From positions 13,108 through 77,107 of the forward strand of contig CAUWNL010000001.1 in NCBI GenBank assembly GCA_963559995.1: 64,000 nucleotides of DNA, read 5' to 3'. Position numbers and translations under genes: made by a program. This stretch comes from an uncultured Sarcina sp. GTDB taxonomy: Bacteria > Bacillota > Clostridia > Clostridiales > Clostridiaceae. Position 1 is the first letter of the stretch, and every line of letters begins with the position of its first letter. Positions 38,047 to 46,601 of the stretch are shown here, piece by piece. Below the pieces are notes generated by a model. That model did not search any database and was not told the DNA's origin. It worked only from the letters and a program-made list of their open reading frames with translations.

Positions 38047-38521
38047 TAAATCCTCCTTTCATTCGTTCCCGTACGATTATTTTAACAAAACTTTGTTATT
38101 ATGTCAACTAATAATAATAATATCTTTAAATAGCCATAATAATATTATTGATTATTTACAGCTTTATTTATGTTCTCTTAAAGTTACCATTATTATTTTT
38201 AATGAATTAAATATAGACTATAAATAATTTTTATAGTACTATATTGATATAATATTGTCGAAATATATTCTTAAATTATAGCTTAATTATTATAATTTAA
38301 TACTTATGAATATATTTTAATTAAATATAACCCTAATATTTAATTAAATACATATGTTTACGTTTATAATAAAAAAATTATTATATGTTATAAAAATAAT
38401 AGATGTAAGAAAGAGAGGTGACTGTTGCAAAAACTATTAATCTATAAAAAACTAAGCAGAACTAATACTTATATAAGCATAAATATTTATAGATTTCTAT
38501 AGATTTTTGGTAACGCTACTT

Positions 38522-40354
38522 ATGAATTTTTCAAAATTATTTATTGGAAAGGCCTTAAAAACAGAAGAACTTAGAGGTGAAAAGTTAAACTCTTTTTGGG
38601 GTCTTCCTATTATGGCTAGTGATGCTATTTCATCAGTTGCCTATGCTGGGTCTGCTATTCTTTTAGTTTTAATCCCTGTTCTTGGGGCTAACTCTTACAA
38701 ATATATGTTTTTAGCAGCTATATGTATTGTAGCTTTAATGGCAACTTTAATTTTTTCATATAAACAAGTTATTGACTCTTATCCAAACGGTGGTGGGGCT
38801 TATATTGTTGCTCGTGAGAATTTAGGTGCTAAATATGGTCTTATTGCAACATCGGCCCTTACTATAGATTATATTTTAACAGTAGCTGTTAGTACTTCGT
38901 CTGGGACTGCTGCTATAGTATCAGCTTTCCCAGCCTTAGCACAATTTAAAGTTCCCCTAACTTTAGCTTTAATAGCATTAATAACTATTGGAAACCTTAG
39001 GGGAATCAGAGAATCATCTAAATCATTTGGTGTTCCTACTTATTTATTTTGTTTAGGTATAATAATTATGATTATAGTAGGAGTCCTTAAAATTTATGTT
39101 TTTGGCTATGTACCAACCCCAATATATTCAATTCCAAATCAAGTTGGTAATATATCATTAATATTATTTTTACAAGCTTTTGCATCAGGATGCACTGCCT
39201 TAACTGGAATTGAAGCTGTAAGTAACGGTGTTCCAAGCTTTAGAGCCCCTGCTCAAAAAAATGCAATTAAAGTTTTATTTGCTCTTGGAGTTTTAATACT
39301 TATAATTTTTGGAGGACTATCTTATTTATCAACACTTTATCATGCTGTGCCTGGAAACTCACAGACTATGATATCTCAAATTGCAACCCAAATATTTGGA
39401 AGAGGAATCATGTATTACTTCATTCAAATTACAACAGCTTTGATACTTATTTTAGCTGCAAACACAGCCTTTACTGGTCTTCCAGTATTATTTTCAATCA
39501 TGGCTCAAGATGGATATGTTCCGAGGCAATTATCTAAAAGAGGAAAACGTCTTAGTTTTTCTAATGGTATAGTTTTACTATTTATAACTGCCTCTATATT
39601 AATAATTATATTTAATGGGGACACTGATAGACTACTTCCTCTTTATGCAGTAGGAGTTTTCATTTCCTTTACTCTAGCTCAAACCGGTATGTTGTTTAAA
39701 TGGAATAGAGAAAGGCCGAAGAATTGGCGATTTAAAGCCTTAATTAATGGAATTGGTGCTATTTTTTCTTTATCAACTACTATTATAATAAGTGCCACTA
39801 AATTTATTCATGGTGCTTGGATTGTATTTTTACTTATACCACTTTTTACTTATATAATGCTAAAAATTAAACGTCATTATAATACTGTTGCAAAAGAATT
39901 AAAATTCAATATTAATGGAAATGCTAAAGAGGAATTTAATTTTGCAAAACAAAAGGTTATAGTTCCTATAAACTCTTTAAATAAAAGTTTTTTAAAGGCC
40001 TATGACTACGCAAACACAATAACTGATAACATAATACTTTTTCATATATCATCTAATGATGAGCAAACAGAGTGTCTTATTAATAAGTGGAAAAGTTATA
40101 ATGGGAAAAATGATATTTCAGTTATAAAATCTCCTTATAGAGAATTTTATAAACCATTTTTAAAATTTATTGAATCAGTAGAAAAAGAATCTGAACCAAA
40201 CACAATAATAACAATTGTTCTTCCAGAGTTTATAACTACAAAATGGTGGAGTAAAATTTTACATAACCAAACATCATTTATTTTAAGAACAATGCTTCTT
40301 AAAAAGAACAATATCGTTGTTATTTCAGTACCTTATTTAATTGGGGATAATTAA
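38522..40354 (+). CDS. kimA: KimA-type (APC-superfamily) K+ uptake transporter with a C-terminal cytoplasmic domain
   Basis: The N-terminus FIGKALKTEELRGEKLNSFWGLPIMASDAISSVAYAGSAIL mirrors the B. subtilis KimA head as I recall it (LIGKPLKS...LSSDALSSVAYGTE). About 12 TM helices plus a roughly 150-aa soluble tail. The start is ambiguous between ATG 38522 and TTG 38507. Confidence 0.7.
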   Translation: MNFSKLFIGKALKTEELRGEKLNSFWGLPIMASDAISSVAYAGSAILLVLIPVLGANSYKYMFLAAICIVALMATLIFSYKQVIDSYPNGGGAYIVARENLGAKYGLIATSALTIDYILTVAVSTSSGTAAIVSAFPALAQFKVPLTLALIALITIGNLRGIRESSKSFGVPTYLFCLGIIIMIIVGVLKIYVFGYVPTPIYSIPNQVGNISLILFLQAFASGCTALTGIEAVSNGVPSFRAPAQKNAIKVLFALGVLILIIFGGLSYLSTLYHAVPGNSQTMISQIATQIFGRGIMYYFIQITTALILILAANTAFTGLPVLFSIMAQDGYVPRQLSKRGKRLSFSNGIVLLFITASILIIIFNGDTDRLLPLYAVGVFISFTLAQTGMLFKWNRERPKNWRFKALINGIGAIFSLSTTIIISATKFIHGAWIVFLLIPLFTYIMLKIKRHYNTVAKELKFNINGNAKEEFNFAKQKVIVPINSLNKSFLKAYDYANTITDNIILFHISSNDEQTECLINKWKSYNGKNDISVIKSPYREFYKPFLKFIESVEKESEPNTIITIVLPEFITTKWWSKILHNQTSFILRTMLLKKNNIVVISVPYLIGDN

Positions 40355-40441
40355 CATATTATATTCTAATTCTAACTTTAATAAAAAACTTGATAATTTT
40401 AATATTATATGTAATAATTATTTTTGCAAAAGTTAATAACT

Positions 40442-40610
40442 AAGATAGAGGTGCAAAATTTAAGAGTACTATTATGGAGGTAAGCTCAGTGAAGTAATAG
40501 AAAAGGAAATTTTGCCGAAGTTAATGGTGGAAGCTTTAAAGCTATTAGCTGGTTTTGTATAGAATATGTACACGACTGTCACAAATTTTTGTGGAGAGCT
40601 ATTATTCAAT
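40442..40610 (+). promoter_or_regulatory. Lysine riboswitch (L-box) aptamer
   Basis: AAGATAGAGGTGCAAAATTTAAGAGTA...GGAGG...GTGAAG...GAAAAGG...TTGCCGAAG...GCTGG...ACTGTCAC...GTGGAGAGCTAT matches the conserved L-box blocks of the B. subtilis lysC leader. Confidence 0.85.
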
Positions 40611-40639
40611 GAATTATAACGGTATTTTAATACCTTTGT

Positions 40640-40672
40640 ATGCCATGAGTATTTGCTCATGGCATTTTTTAT
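40640..40672 (+). terminator. Riboswitch expression-platform terminator
   Basis: ATGCCATGAG-TATTTG-CTCATGGCAT followed by TTTTTTATTTT. Confidence 0.85.
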
Positions 40673-40723
40673 TTTGAAAAATATCTTAGTTAAATTAAAT
40701 AAATATAAACTAAGGAGAAAATT

Positions 40724-42166
40724 ATGAGCGAAAAAAATGGAGATTTAAAAAGATCTCTAAAAGCAAGACATCTTAATATGATTGCTCTAGGTGGAGCAAT
40801 TGGAACTGGTATTTTCCTTGCTATGGGAGATACAATTAAGCAGGTTGGGCCTGGTGGCGCTTTCTTAGCTTATGCACTAATTGGAGTTATGGTCTATTTC
40901 ATCATGACAAGTCTTGGAGAACTTGCAACCTTTATTCCTATATCAGGTTCCTTTGGTACATATGCAACAAAATTTATTGACCCTGCCCTTGGCTTTGCTC
41001 TTGGATGGAACTATTGGTATAACTGGGCTATTACTATAGCAACAGAAATGGTAGCGGGGTCACTTGTTATGCATTTCTGGTTTCCAGAAGTAAAACCTAT
41101 TTATTGGAGTATATTATTTTTAGCAATCATTGTACTGCTTAATGTCTTATCGGCTAGGGCCTATGGAGAAGCAGAATTTTGGTTCGCTTTAGTTAAAGTT
41201 GTTACTGTTGTAATCTTCTTAGTAATAGGTGTTATAACTATTTTAGGAATATTTGATGGAAACTTTATAGGGCTTAAAAACTTTACAGCAGATGGCGGGC
41301 CATTCTTAGGTAATGGATTTTCATTCTTCTCAGTATTCTTAGTTGCAGGATTTGCATTCCAAGGAACTGAACTTGTTGGTGTTGCAGCTGGTGAAAGTGA
41401 TAACCCTGGAAAGACAATACCAAAGGCTATAAATCAAGTCTTTTGGAGAATTTTAATATTCTACTTAGGAACAATTCTTGTAATAGGTGCTATAATCCCT
41501 GCAGCTCAAGCTGGAGTTAGCACAAGTGTATTTACACTTGTATTTGAAAAAGCTGGTTTAGCAGCAGCTGCTGCTGTTATGAATGCAGTTATACTAACGG
41601 CTGTTTTATCTGCTGGTAACTCAGGAATGTATGCATCTAGTAGAATGCTTTATGCTATGGCTAAAGAAGGAATGGCTCCTAAAGCTTTTGGAAAAGTTAC
41701 TAAAAAAGGTGTTCCTCTAAATGCTATAATCTTAACTACTGTTGTTGCATCACTTTGTTTCTTAACAGGAGTATTTGCAGAAAACACAGTATATATTTGG
41801 CTTGTAGATGCCTCTGGTCTTGCTGGATTTATAGCATGGCTTGGAATATCAATTTGTCACTATAGATTTAGAAAAGCTTACGTTGCTCAAGGATATGATG
41901 TGAAAAAGTTAAAATATAGAGCTAAATTATTCCCAATAGGCCCAATAATAGCTCTTTCCATGTGTGGACTTATAGTGGTCTTTCAAGGTTTTGGAGATTC
42001 AACATGGCAAACTCTTGTAGCTGCTTATATAGGAATACCACTATTTTTAGCATTTTATATTGGTTATAAAGTAAAATATAAAACTAAAATACTAAAATTA
42101 CATGAAGTTGATTTAGCATTTTCTGAAACAAATCCAGATATATCAGCATATAAAAAAGATGCTTAA
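40724..42166 (+). CDS. lysP: APC-family amino-acid permease, lysine-specific (LysP-like)
   Basis: 480 aa. KRSLKARHLNMIALGGAIGTGIFLA is the AAT-family signature. Sits directly behind a lysine riboswitch. Confidence 0.75.
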   Translation: MSEKNGDLKRSLKARHLNMIALGGAIGTGIFLAMGDTIKQVGPGGAFLAYALIGVMVYFIMTSLGELATFIPISGSFGTYATKFIDPALGFALGWNYWYNWAITIATEMVAGSLVMHFWFPEVKPIYWSILFLAIIVLLNVLSARAYGEAEFWFALVKVVTVVIFLVIGVITILGIFDGNFIGLKNFTADGGPFLGNGFSFFSVFLVAGFAFQGTELVGVAAGESDNPGKTIPKAINQVFWRILIFYLGTILVIGAIIPAAQAGVSTSVFTLVFEKAGLAAAAAVMNAVILTAVLSAGNSGMYASSRMLYAMAKEGMAPKAFGKVTKKGVPLNAIILTTVVASLCFLTGVFAENTVYIWLVDASGLAGFIAWLGISICHYRFRKAYVAQGYDVKKLKYRAKLFPIGPIIALSMCGLIVVFQGFGDSTWQTLVAAYIGIPLFLAFYIGYKVKYKTKILKLHEVDLAFSETNPDISAYKKDA

Positions 42167-42175
42167 ATCTAAAAA

Positions 42176-42198
42176 AGCTATGCAAATTTTGCATAGCT
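42176..42198. terminator. Bidirectional terminator hairpin
   Basis: AGCTATGCAAA/TTTTGCATAGCT flanked by AAAAA and TTTTT. A near-identical hairpin lies at 43402-43419. Confidence 0.8.
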
Positions 42199-42232
42199 TT
42201 TTATATTGACTATATTACTTAATAAACTATAG

Positions 42233-42433
42233 TTATTTTCTTCTTTTATTTAGATATATTTTTCTAAATATCAAATAAATAATTGCTGAACTTGGTATGT
42301 TTAGTAACCCTATTATTCCCCATATCCATGGAAATGGTATCTTTTTTCTTAAAGCATCTCTAAATATTAAAGTTCCTTGAATTAAAACTGCAACTATAAT
42401 AATTACTACGAAAAATAAACTTAATCTATTCAT
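42233..42433 (-). CDS. Small two-TM membrane protein (PLDc_N-like)
   Basis: 66 aa. The pattern FPWIWGIIGLLNIPSSAIIYLIFRK resembles the PLD-nuclease N-terminal membrane domain. Overlaps the upstream gene by 8 nt. Confidence 0.45.
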   Translation of the reverse strand: MNRLSLFFVVIIIVAVLIQGTLIFRDALRKKIPFPWIWGIIGLLNIPSSAIIYLIFRKIYLNKRRK

Positions 42434-42746
42434 TTACTTTCCCCCTAGATTTTATATTTAGTAGAACAAAATATACTACCAATAACAAACTAATAAAAAC
42501 TATTTGAATTATAACAACCATAACTATAGGACACCTTAAAATTAACATTCCAATTAAAAACCCTATGATAATTGCCACTATAAAAAACTTTATAGTGGAA
42601 TTTCTTAAGTTTCTTTTTAATCTTAACTCTTCCCCATGACTAACTATAGAACTAACATCAATATTTAAGTTAACACTATTTTCAATCATATCTATATAGT
42701 TCTCGTTATGAAAAATATCATCATTTTTATTATCACTATTCTTCAT
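42426..42746 (-). CDS. Putative anti-sigma factor / single-pass membrane partner of the ECF sigma
   Basis: 106 aa. Soluble N-terminal part followed by TM segment(s). Begins 2 nt after the sigma gene stop. Confidence 0.45.
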   Translation of the reverse strand: MKNSDNKNDDIFHNENYIDMIENSVNLNIDVSSIVSHGEELRLKRNLRNSTIKFFIVAIIIGFLIGMLILRCPIVMVVIIQIVFISLLLVVYFVLLNIKSRGKVNE

Positions 42747-42748
42747 AT

Positions 42749-43297
42749 TTATAACTCCCCTTTAAATTTTGAAATAATCTCTTTAATACTATAATGTATT
42801 CTTGATCGCACTGTACCTATTGAGCTTTTCATAATAAAACTAATTTCCTCATAACTATATCCATAATAATGTTTTAATATAAAAGCACTCCTTTTTTCAT
42901 AAGGCATTGATTTTAATATATTTAATACTCTCTTATATTCATCAGCTTTAACTATTTCATCTTCAATGCAAATTGTTGATGGTACAATATCTAATAAAAC
43001 ATCTGTATCCTTTGCTTTTCTTAAGTAATCTTTATATTTATTTGTAGCTATTTTTATAAGCCAAGTAGAAAACTTTACATTAGGAATAAATGAATCTATA
43101 TAAACTACTGCTGCTAATAATGTTTCTTGTATAATGTCTTCTGCTACATCCATATTACAAGTAAGCTTTAATACATATCCCTTTAAGATATTTATATTAT
43201 CATTTATCAATATTTCAAAAGCATATCTATCTCCATCTTTAATCCTCTTTATTAAATTCTTTTCCCTGTTTTCTATATCTGCTTTATCAAATATCAT
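42749..43297 (-). CDS. ECF-type sigma-70 family RNA polymerase sigma factor
   Basis: 182 aa. Region 2 (AEDIIQETLL...FSTWLIKIATNKYKDYLRK) and region 4 (YSYEEISFIMKSSIGTVRSRIHYS). Confidence 0.85.
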   Translation of the reverse strand: MIFDKADIENREKNLIKRIKDGDRYAFEILINDNINILKGYVLKLTCNMDVAEDIIQETLLAAVVYIDSFIPNVKFSTWLIKIATNKYKDYLRKAKDTDVLLDIVPSTICIEDEIVKADEYKRVLNILKSMPYEKRSAFILKHYYGYSYEEISFIMKSSIGTVRSRIHYSIKEIISKFKGEL

Positions 43298-43328
43298 TAA
43301 ACTCCTCTCCTTTTTCTGTTTCAGTTAT

Positions 43329-43355
43329 TTAACGTATAACACAAGAAAAAGTTCA
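43329..43355 (-). promoter_or_regulatory. Candidate ECF-type autoregulated promoter
   Basis: On the minus strand: TGAAC (complement of 43350-43354)-16 nt-CGTTA (complement of 43329-43333), about 35 nt upstream of the sigma ATG. Confidence 0.5.
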
Positions 43356-43401
43356 ATAAAAAATAATATATATTTTCAAATTATCTACCTAAAAGAAAAA
43401 A

Positions 43402-43419
43402 CTATGCAATTTGCATAGC
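43402..43419 (-). terminator. Terminator hairpin after the 76-aa gene; near-copy of the hairpin at 42176-42198
   Basis: CTATGCAA/TTGCATAG core with extra AAGAAA/TTTCTT pairing around it. Confidence 0.6.
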
Positions 43420-43432
43420 TTTCTTGATCATC

Positions 43433-43663
43433 TTATATATTCTTTATTCTGTTCTTTTTTATTCTATTTATTAATATAAGTAAAAATACAAAAACTATTG
43501 TAATAATTATTGGAGCTACTATGTAATATCTATTAGTCATATCCCCTAAAATATATCCTGGAATTAAAAATAATATAGCTAATGGTGACATATCACCAAT
43601 TCCTTTAAATATACGCTTTTCAATTCCTAATATTTTATTAATAACTATATATATATCCTGCAT
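43433..43663 (-). CDS. Hypothetical small membrane protein
   Basis: 76 aa with two hydrophobic helices and a basic C-terminus. A 24-aa ORF (MNGENLEVYTVVIALLYAGYIYSY) overlaps its start in another frame. Confidence 0.4.
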   Translation of the reverse strand: MQDIYIVINKILGIEKRIFKGIGDMSPLAILFLIPGYILGDMTNRYYIVAPIIITIVFVFLLILINRIKKNRIKNI

Positions 43664-43811
43664 ATAATAGTGCTATTACGACTGTATATACCTCTAAATT
43701 CTCACCATTCATTTTTTCCACTTCCCATATACCCAATTTATCAACTATTTAATCATTATTTTTTATAATTTCCCACTATGTGAATAAATACATTTTTTGT
43801 TCTATATATAT

Positions 43812-43907
43812 TTATTTTCCACTTAATTTCATCTTGATTATCTGAATCACAATTATTATTACAGCAATTATACACACTATTATTAACATATCTGAATTAT
43901 TATGCAT
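43812..43907 (-). CDS. Unannotated 31-aa single-TM peptide
   Basis: Hand translation gives MHNNSDMLIIVCIIAVIIIVIQIIKMKLSGK*. RBS GAAGGAGAAAG lies 8 nt upstream of the ATG. Confidence 0.45.
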   Translation of the reverse strand: MHNNSDMLIIVCIIAVIIIVIQIIKMKLSGK

Positions 43908-44124
43908 AAGTAACTTTCTCCTTCATTCATTAAAATATTGTTATATTAAACACTAAATTTAATTTTAATAAGTCATATGAATATCAATTTCACTATTAAA
44001 TATATCATAAAGAAAGTATATTAGAAAATCTTATCTCTTTACCTTTTTTATAAACCCATTAATATATTTTCTAAGTATAAGCAATAAAAAAGATTATATA
44101 AATAATTTTTTCTTCTATTATGTA

Positions 44125-44346
44125 TTATTTTCTTTTAGAATTTATCATTGAGCTTATTAAAGTTACTGCTACTACTGCTAAAACCGCAATAGCTCCTGCA
44201 TATTCATTTACTATAAATAATAATATTACTGCTAGCCACATAAATTTTCTTCTTCGTCTAGCTGACGAAAGCCCATTTTTTAAAAAATCTACTACTAGAT
44301 AAATTATTATAGCTATTACTATAATACCTATAACTAATGTTAACAC
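44125..44346 (-). CDS. Hypothetical two-TM membrane protein
   Basis: 73 aa. GTG start 5 nt after AGGAGGTGAT. Has a central RRRRK loop. Confidence 0.5.
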   Translation of the reverse strand: MLTLVIGIIVIAIIIYLVVDFLKNGLSSARRRRKFMWLAVILLFIVNEYAGAIAVLAVVAVTLISSMINSKRK

Positions 44347-44358
44347 TTATATCACCTC

Positions 44359-44481
44359 CTATTTATTTTTTAAATATTTTATAATTCCTCGTATAACACG
44401 ATAAATCCCATAAATTATTAATATGAAAATTCCTATATTAATAAGAGTCACTATTATTGTTAAAATACTTAATGAATTCAT
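44359..44481 (-). CDS. Unannotated 40-aa single-TM peptide
   Basis: Hand translation gives MNSLSILTIIVTLINIGIFILIIYGIYRVIRGIIKYLKNK*. RBS AAGGGAG. Its stop lies inside the RBS of the next gene. Confidence 0.45.
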   Translation of the reverse strand: MNSLSILTIIVTLINIGIFILIIYGIYRVIRGIIKYLKNK

Positions 44482-45082
44482 TCCTACAGCTCCCTTATTT
44501 TTTATATCATCTATGTTATAAACTAATGTTTCTTTAACCTCACTAAAAATGTTGCTTAACTTTACAATTATTTCTTAATAATTAATATAACATTTATAAG
44601 TTAACGCTAGCAATATCTATTTAAACTTTAAAAAAAACTATATTGGGATTTAATTTAATATTTATTAATATATGCTTATTAAGGTTAGAGAATTTTATAT
44701 TGAATTTAACACCTACTTTATTATTTGTCTTTACAATAGCTTACATTTTATTATTTATTGAAATAATACTAAAAATAAATTACTTAAAATCATTAATTGA
44801 AGGTAATTCATGATTGATAAAAGGCCTTTTTATTACTTTTATTGGATATTCTTATATTGGGCTCAATAGTTTTATTATTAACCTTAAATACAAAACAAAC
44901 AAACTTACCTAATGTCCCTAAATTCTTATAGAATATTAATTTCTATCTTTTTATTTATAATAGCTATTCTTTATCTACAAGAAACTAAAACTAGTTACTT
45001 TCTTATTGTTATTATTCATTATTATTTATAATTATTAAAACAGAAAAAGGAGTTGCTAAATGTGTAACAACTCTTCCTCTTT

Positions 45083-45397
45083 TTACTCACTATATTTTCC
45101 GTCACCTATTAACAATGAACCTACAAAAATTACTGCTAAAATAGCATCTACTACCACAATAAAGAAATTTGATTTACTTATAATTGTTACTAACGCTACA
45201 ACTAACATTAAAATACCAAATATTAATTCTGAGGTTCCAATCCAATTTAAATAAGCATTCTGATTTACTATATGTTTATTTTTGTAATCACTTATAAATC
45301 CTAATTTTCTATTAACCTTTATTTCATATCCAAAATAAACACTTAGAATTCCTGCTATAATATTTAGCATAACCATAAATCCCATAAACTCACCCAT
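45083..45397 (-). CDS. Small membrane protein (DUF3784-like pattern)
   Basis: 104 aa with 3 hydrophobic helices. The family call comes from the overall pattern only. Confidence 0.4.
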   Translation of the reverse strand: MGEFMGFMVMLNIIAGILSVYFGYEIKVNRKLGFISDYKNKHIVNQNAYLNWIGTSELIFGILMLVVALVTIISKSNFFIVVVDAILAVIFVGSLLIGDGKYSE

Positions 45398-45641
45398 TTT
45401 ATATTTATAATATTATATTAATGTTTCATATATATAAATACTACATTTGTAAACATTTCCCTTTATTTTTCTGATTTAAAATTCAGTATTATATAAAATA
45501 TTTATAATATATCATAAGTAAAAATTTTATAAACTTAGTTTAATAGAAAAATACTTATAAAGTTTCTACATAAATAATAAAGTTGCTATATTTAGACATA
45601 GCAACTTTATTACAATATATATCTTGTTTAAAATTTATTTT

Positions 45642-46508
45642 TTATCCATGTGCATATCCAGTATTAGCATATACAGTCCAAAAAACATTATTTCCTGATT
45701 CTTTAGTATAAACTTCATAATAACCACTATAACCTTGTTGACCTTGTACAAAAACTATCTTTGTAACCTCACTTGGTGTTGCATAACCATCTTCTTGTAA
45801 CATGTTTAATATTAAAGTTTTAGCCTGTGAAATGGTAAATGGTACATCATTTGCTGTAAGTCTGTTTAATTCTTGTGTTGCTTTTATAAATTCATTAGCT
45901 GTTATATTTTTAGAAAGTGCAGCTTCGCCATTTGCATCTAAAAAAGCCTGATATAGTGTTTCTTGTGATACTTTATTTAGCCAAGGTTTTTCCCAATAGG
46001 TTCCTGTAGCATCACATATAGACTGACAGTTATATTGCCCAACCATAATCCAAGACCTTAAATATCCATCTAATTGTGATTCTGATATAGGATTTCCAGT
46101 TGTATTCTCTACTACAACAGCACTTGATGTATACTGACTACTTGGAACAGTATAAGTTATAGTACCTGAATTTGTTTTTTCACTTGTAGTATTATTAGTT
46201 GTATCACTTGAAGCCTTTATACTTGCACTATCTCCACTAGTCTTTACAGTAGATGAAGCAGCATTAGAATTACTTGTGCTATTTACTTTTGATGCTTCCC
46301 CTTGAGCTACTGTATTATTAACTGTTGATGTAGTTTTACTTGCTGAAACATTTACCCCTGTACTTTCCACAGCACTTGAAGTTGTAGAACTTACCGTAGT
46401 ATTTGCTCCTTGTGAAGTTACATTTACTGTTGTATAACAATAATAACCAACCCCATAAGCAACAACTGCGGCTATAACTATTGGTATTATAATCTTTTTT
46501 GCACTCAT
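45642..46508 (-). CDS. N-terminally anchored surface protein with a Ser/Thr-rich linker and a PepSY-like C-terminus
   Basis: 288 aa. TM anchor IIIPIVIAAVVAYGVGYYCY, a roughly 100-aa S/T/N-rich region, and the C-terminus ...YYEVYTKESGNNVFWTVYANTGYAHG. Confidence 0.55.
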   Translation of the reverse strand: MSAKKIIIPIVIAAVVAYGVGYYCYTTVNVTSQGANTTVSSTTSSAVESTGVNVSASKTTSTVNNTVAQGEASKVNSTSNSNAASSTVKTSGDSASIKASSDTTNNTTSEKTNSGTITYTVPSSQYTSSAVVVENTTGNPISESQLDGYLRSWIMVGQYNCQSICDATGTYWEKPWLNKVSQETLYQAFLDANGEAALSKNITANEFIKATQELNRLTANDVPFTISQAKTLILNMLQEDGYATPSEVTKIVFVQGQQGYSGYYEVYTKESGNNVFWTVYANTGYAHG

Positions 46509-46601
46509 ATTATTTTATCCCTTCACACATACGTATTAGAAAAGAGTATCACACTTTTAGTGATGCTCTTTTATTAGTAAATAGTATAAGTTTCTTTATA
46601 T

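Noticed and set aside
38047-38521. Expected c-di-AMP (ydaO-type) riboswitch upstream of the KimA-like gene; also looked for upstream of kdpF (14390-15101)
   Set aside because: Neither region contains the G/C-rich conserved helices or ACGGGGA/CCCA-type cores. Both are nearly pure A/T. An Infernal scan would be decisive.
40472-40660. 62-aa minus-strand ORF
   Set aside because: It lies entirely within the lysine riboswitch and its terminator.
43664-43760. Idea that the 24-aa ORF (MNGENLEVYTVV...) and the 76-aa ORF are one frameshifted gene
   Set aside because: I cannot decide this from the sequence alone. No homolog was recognised to define the intact frame, so I left it as a note under the 76-aa CDS.
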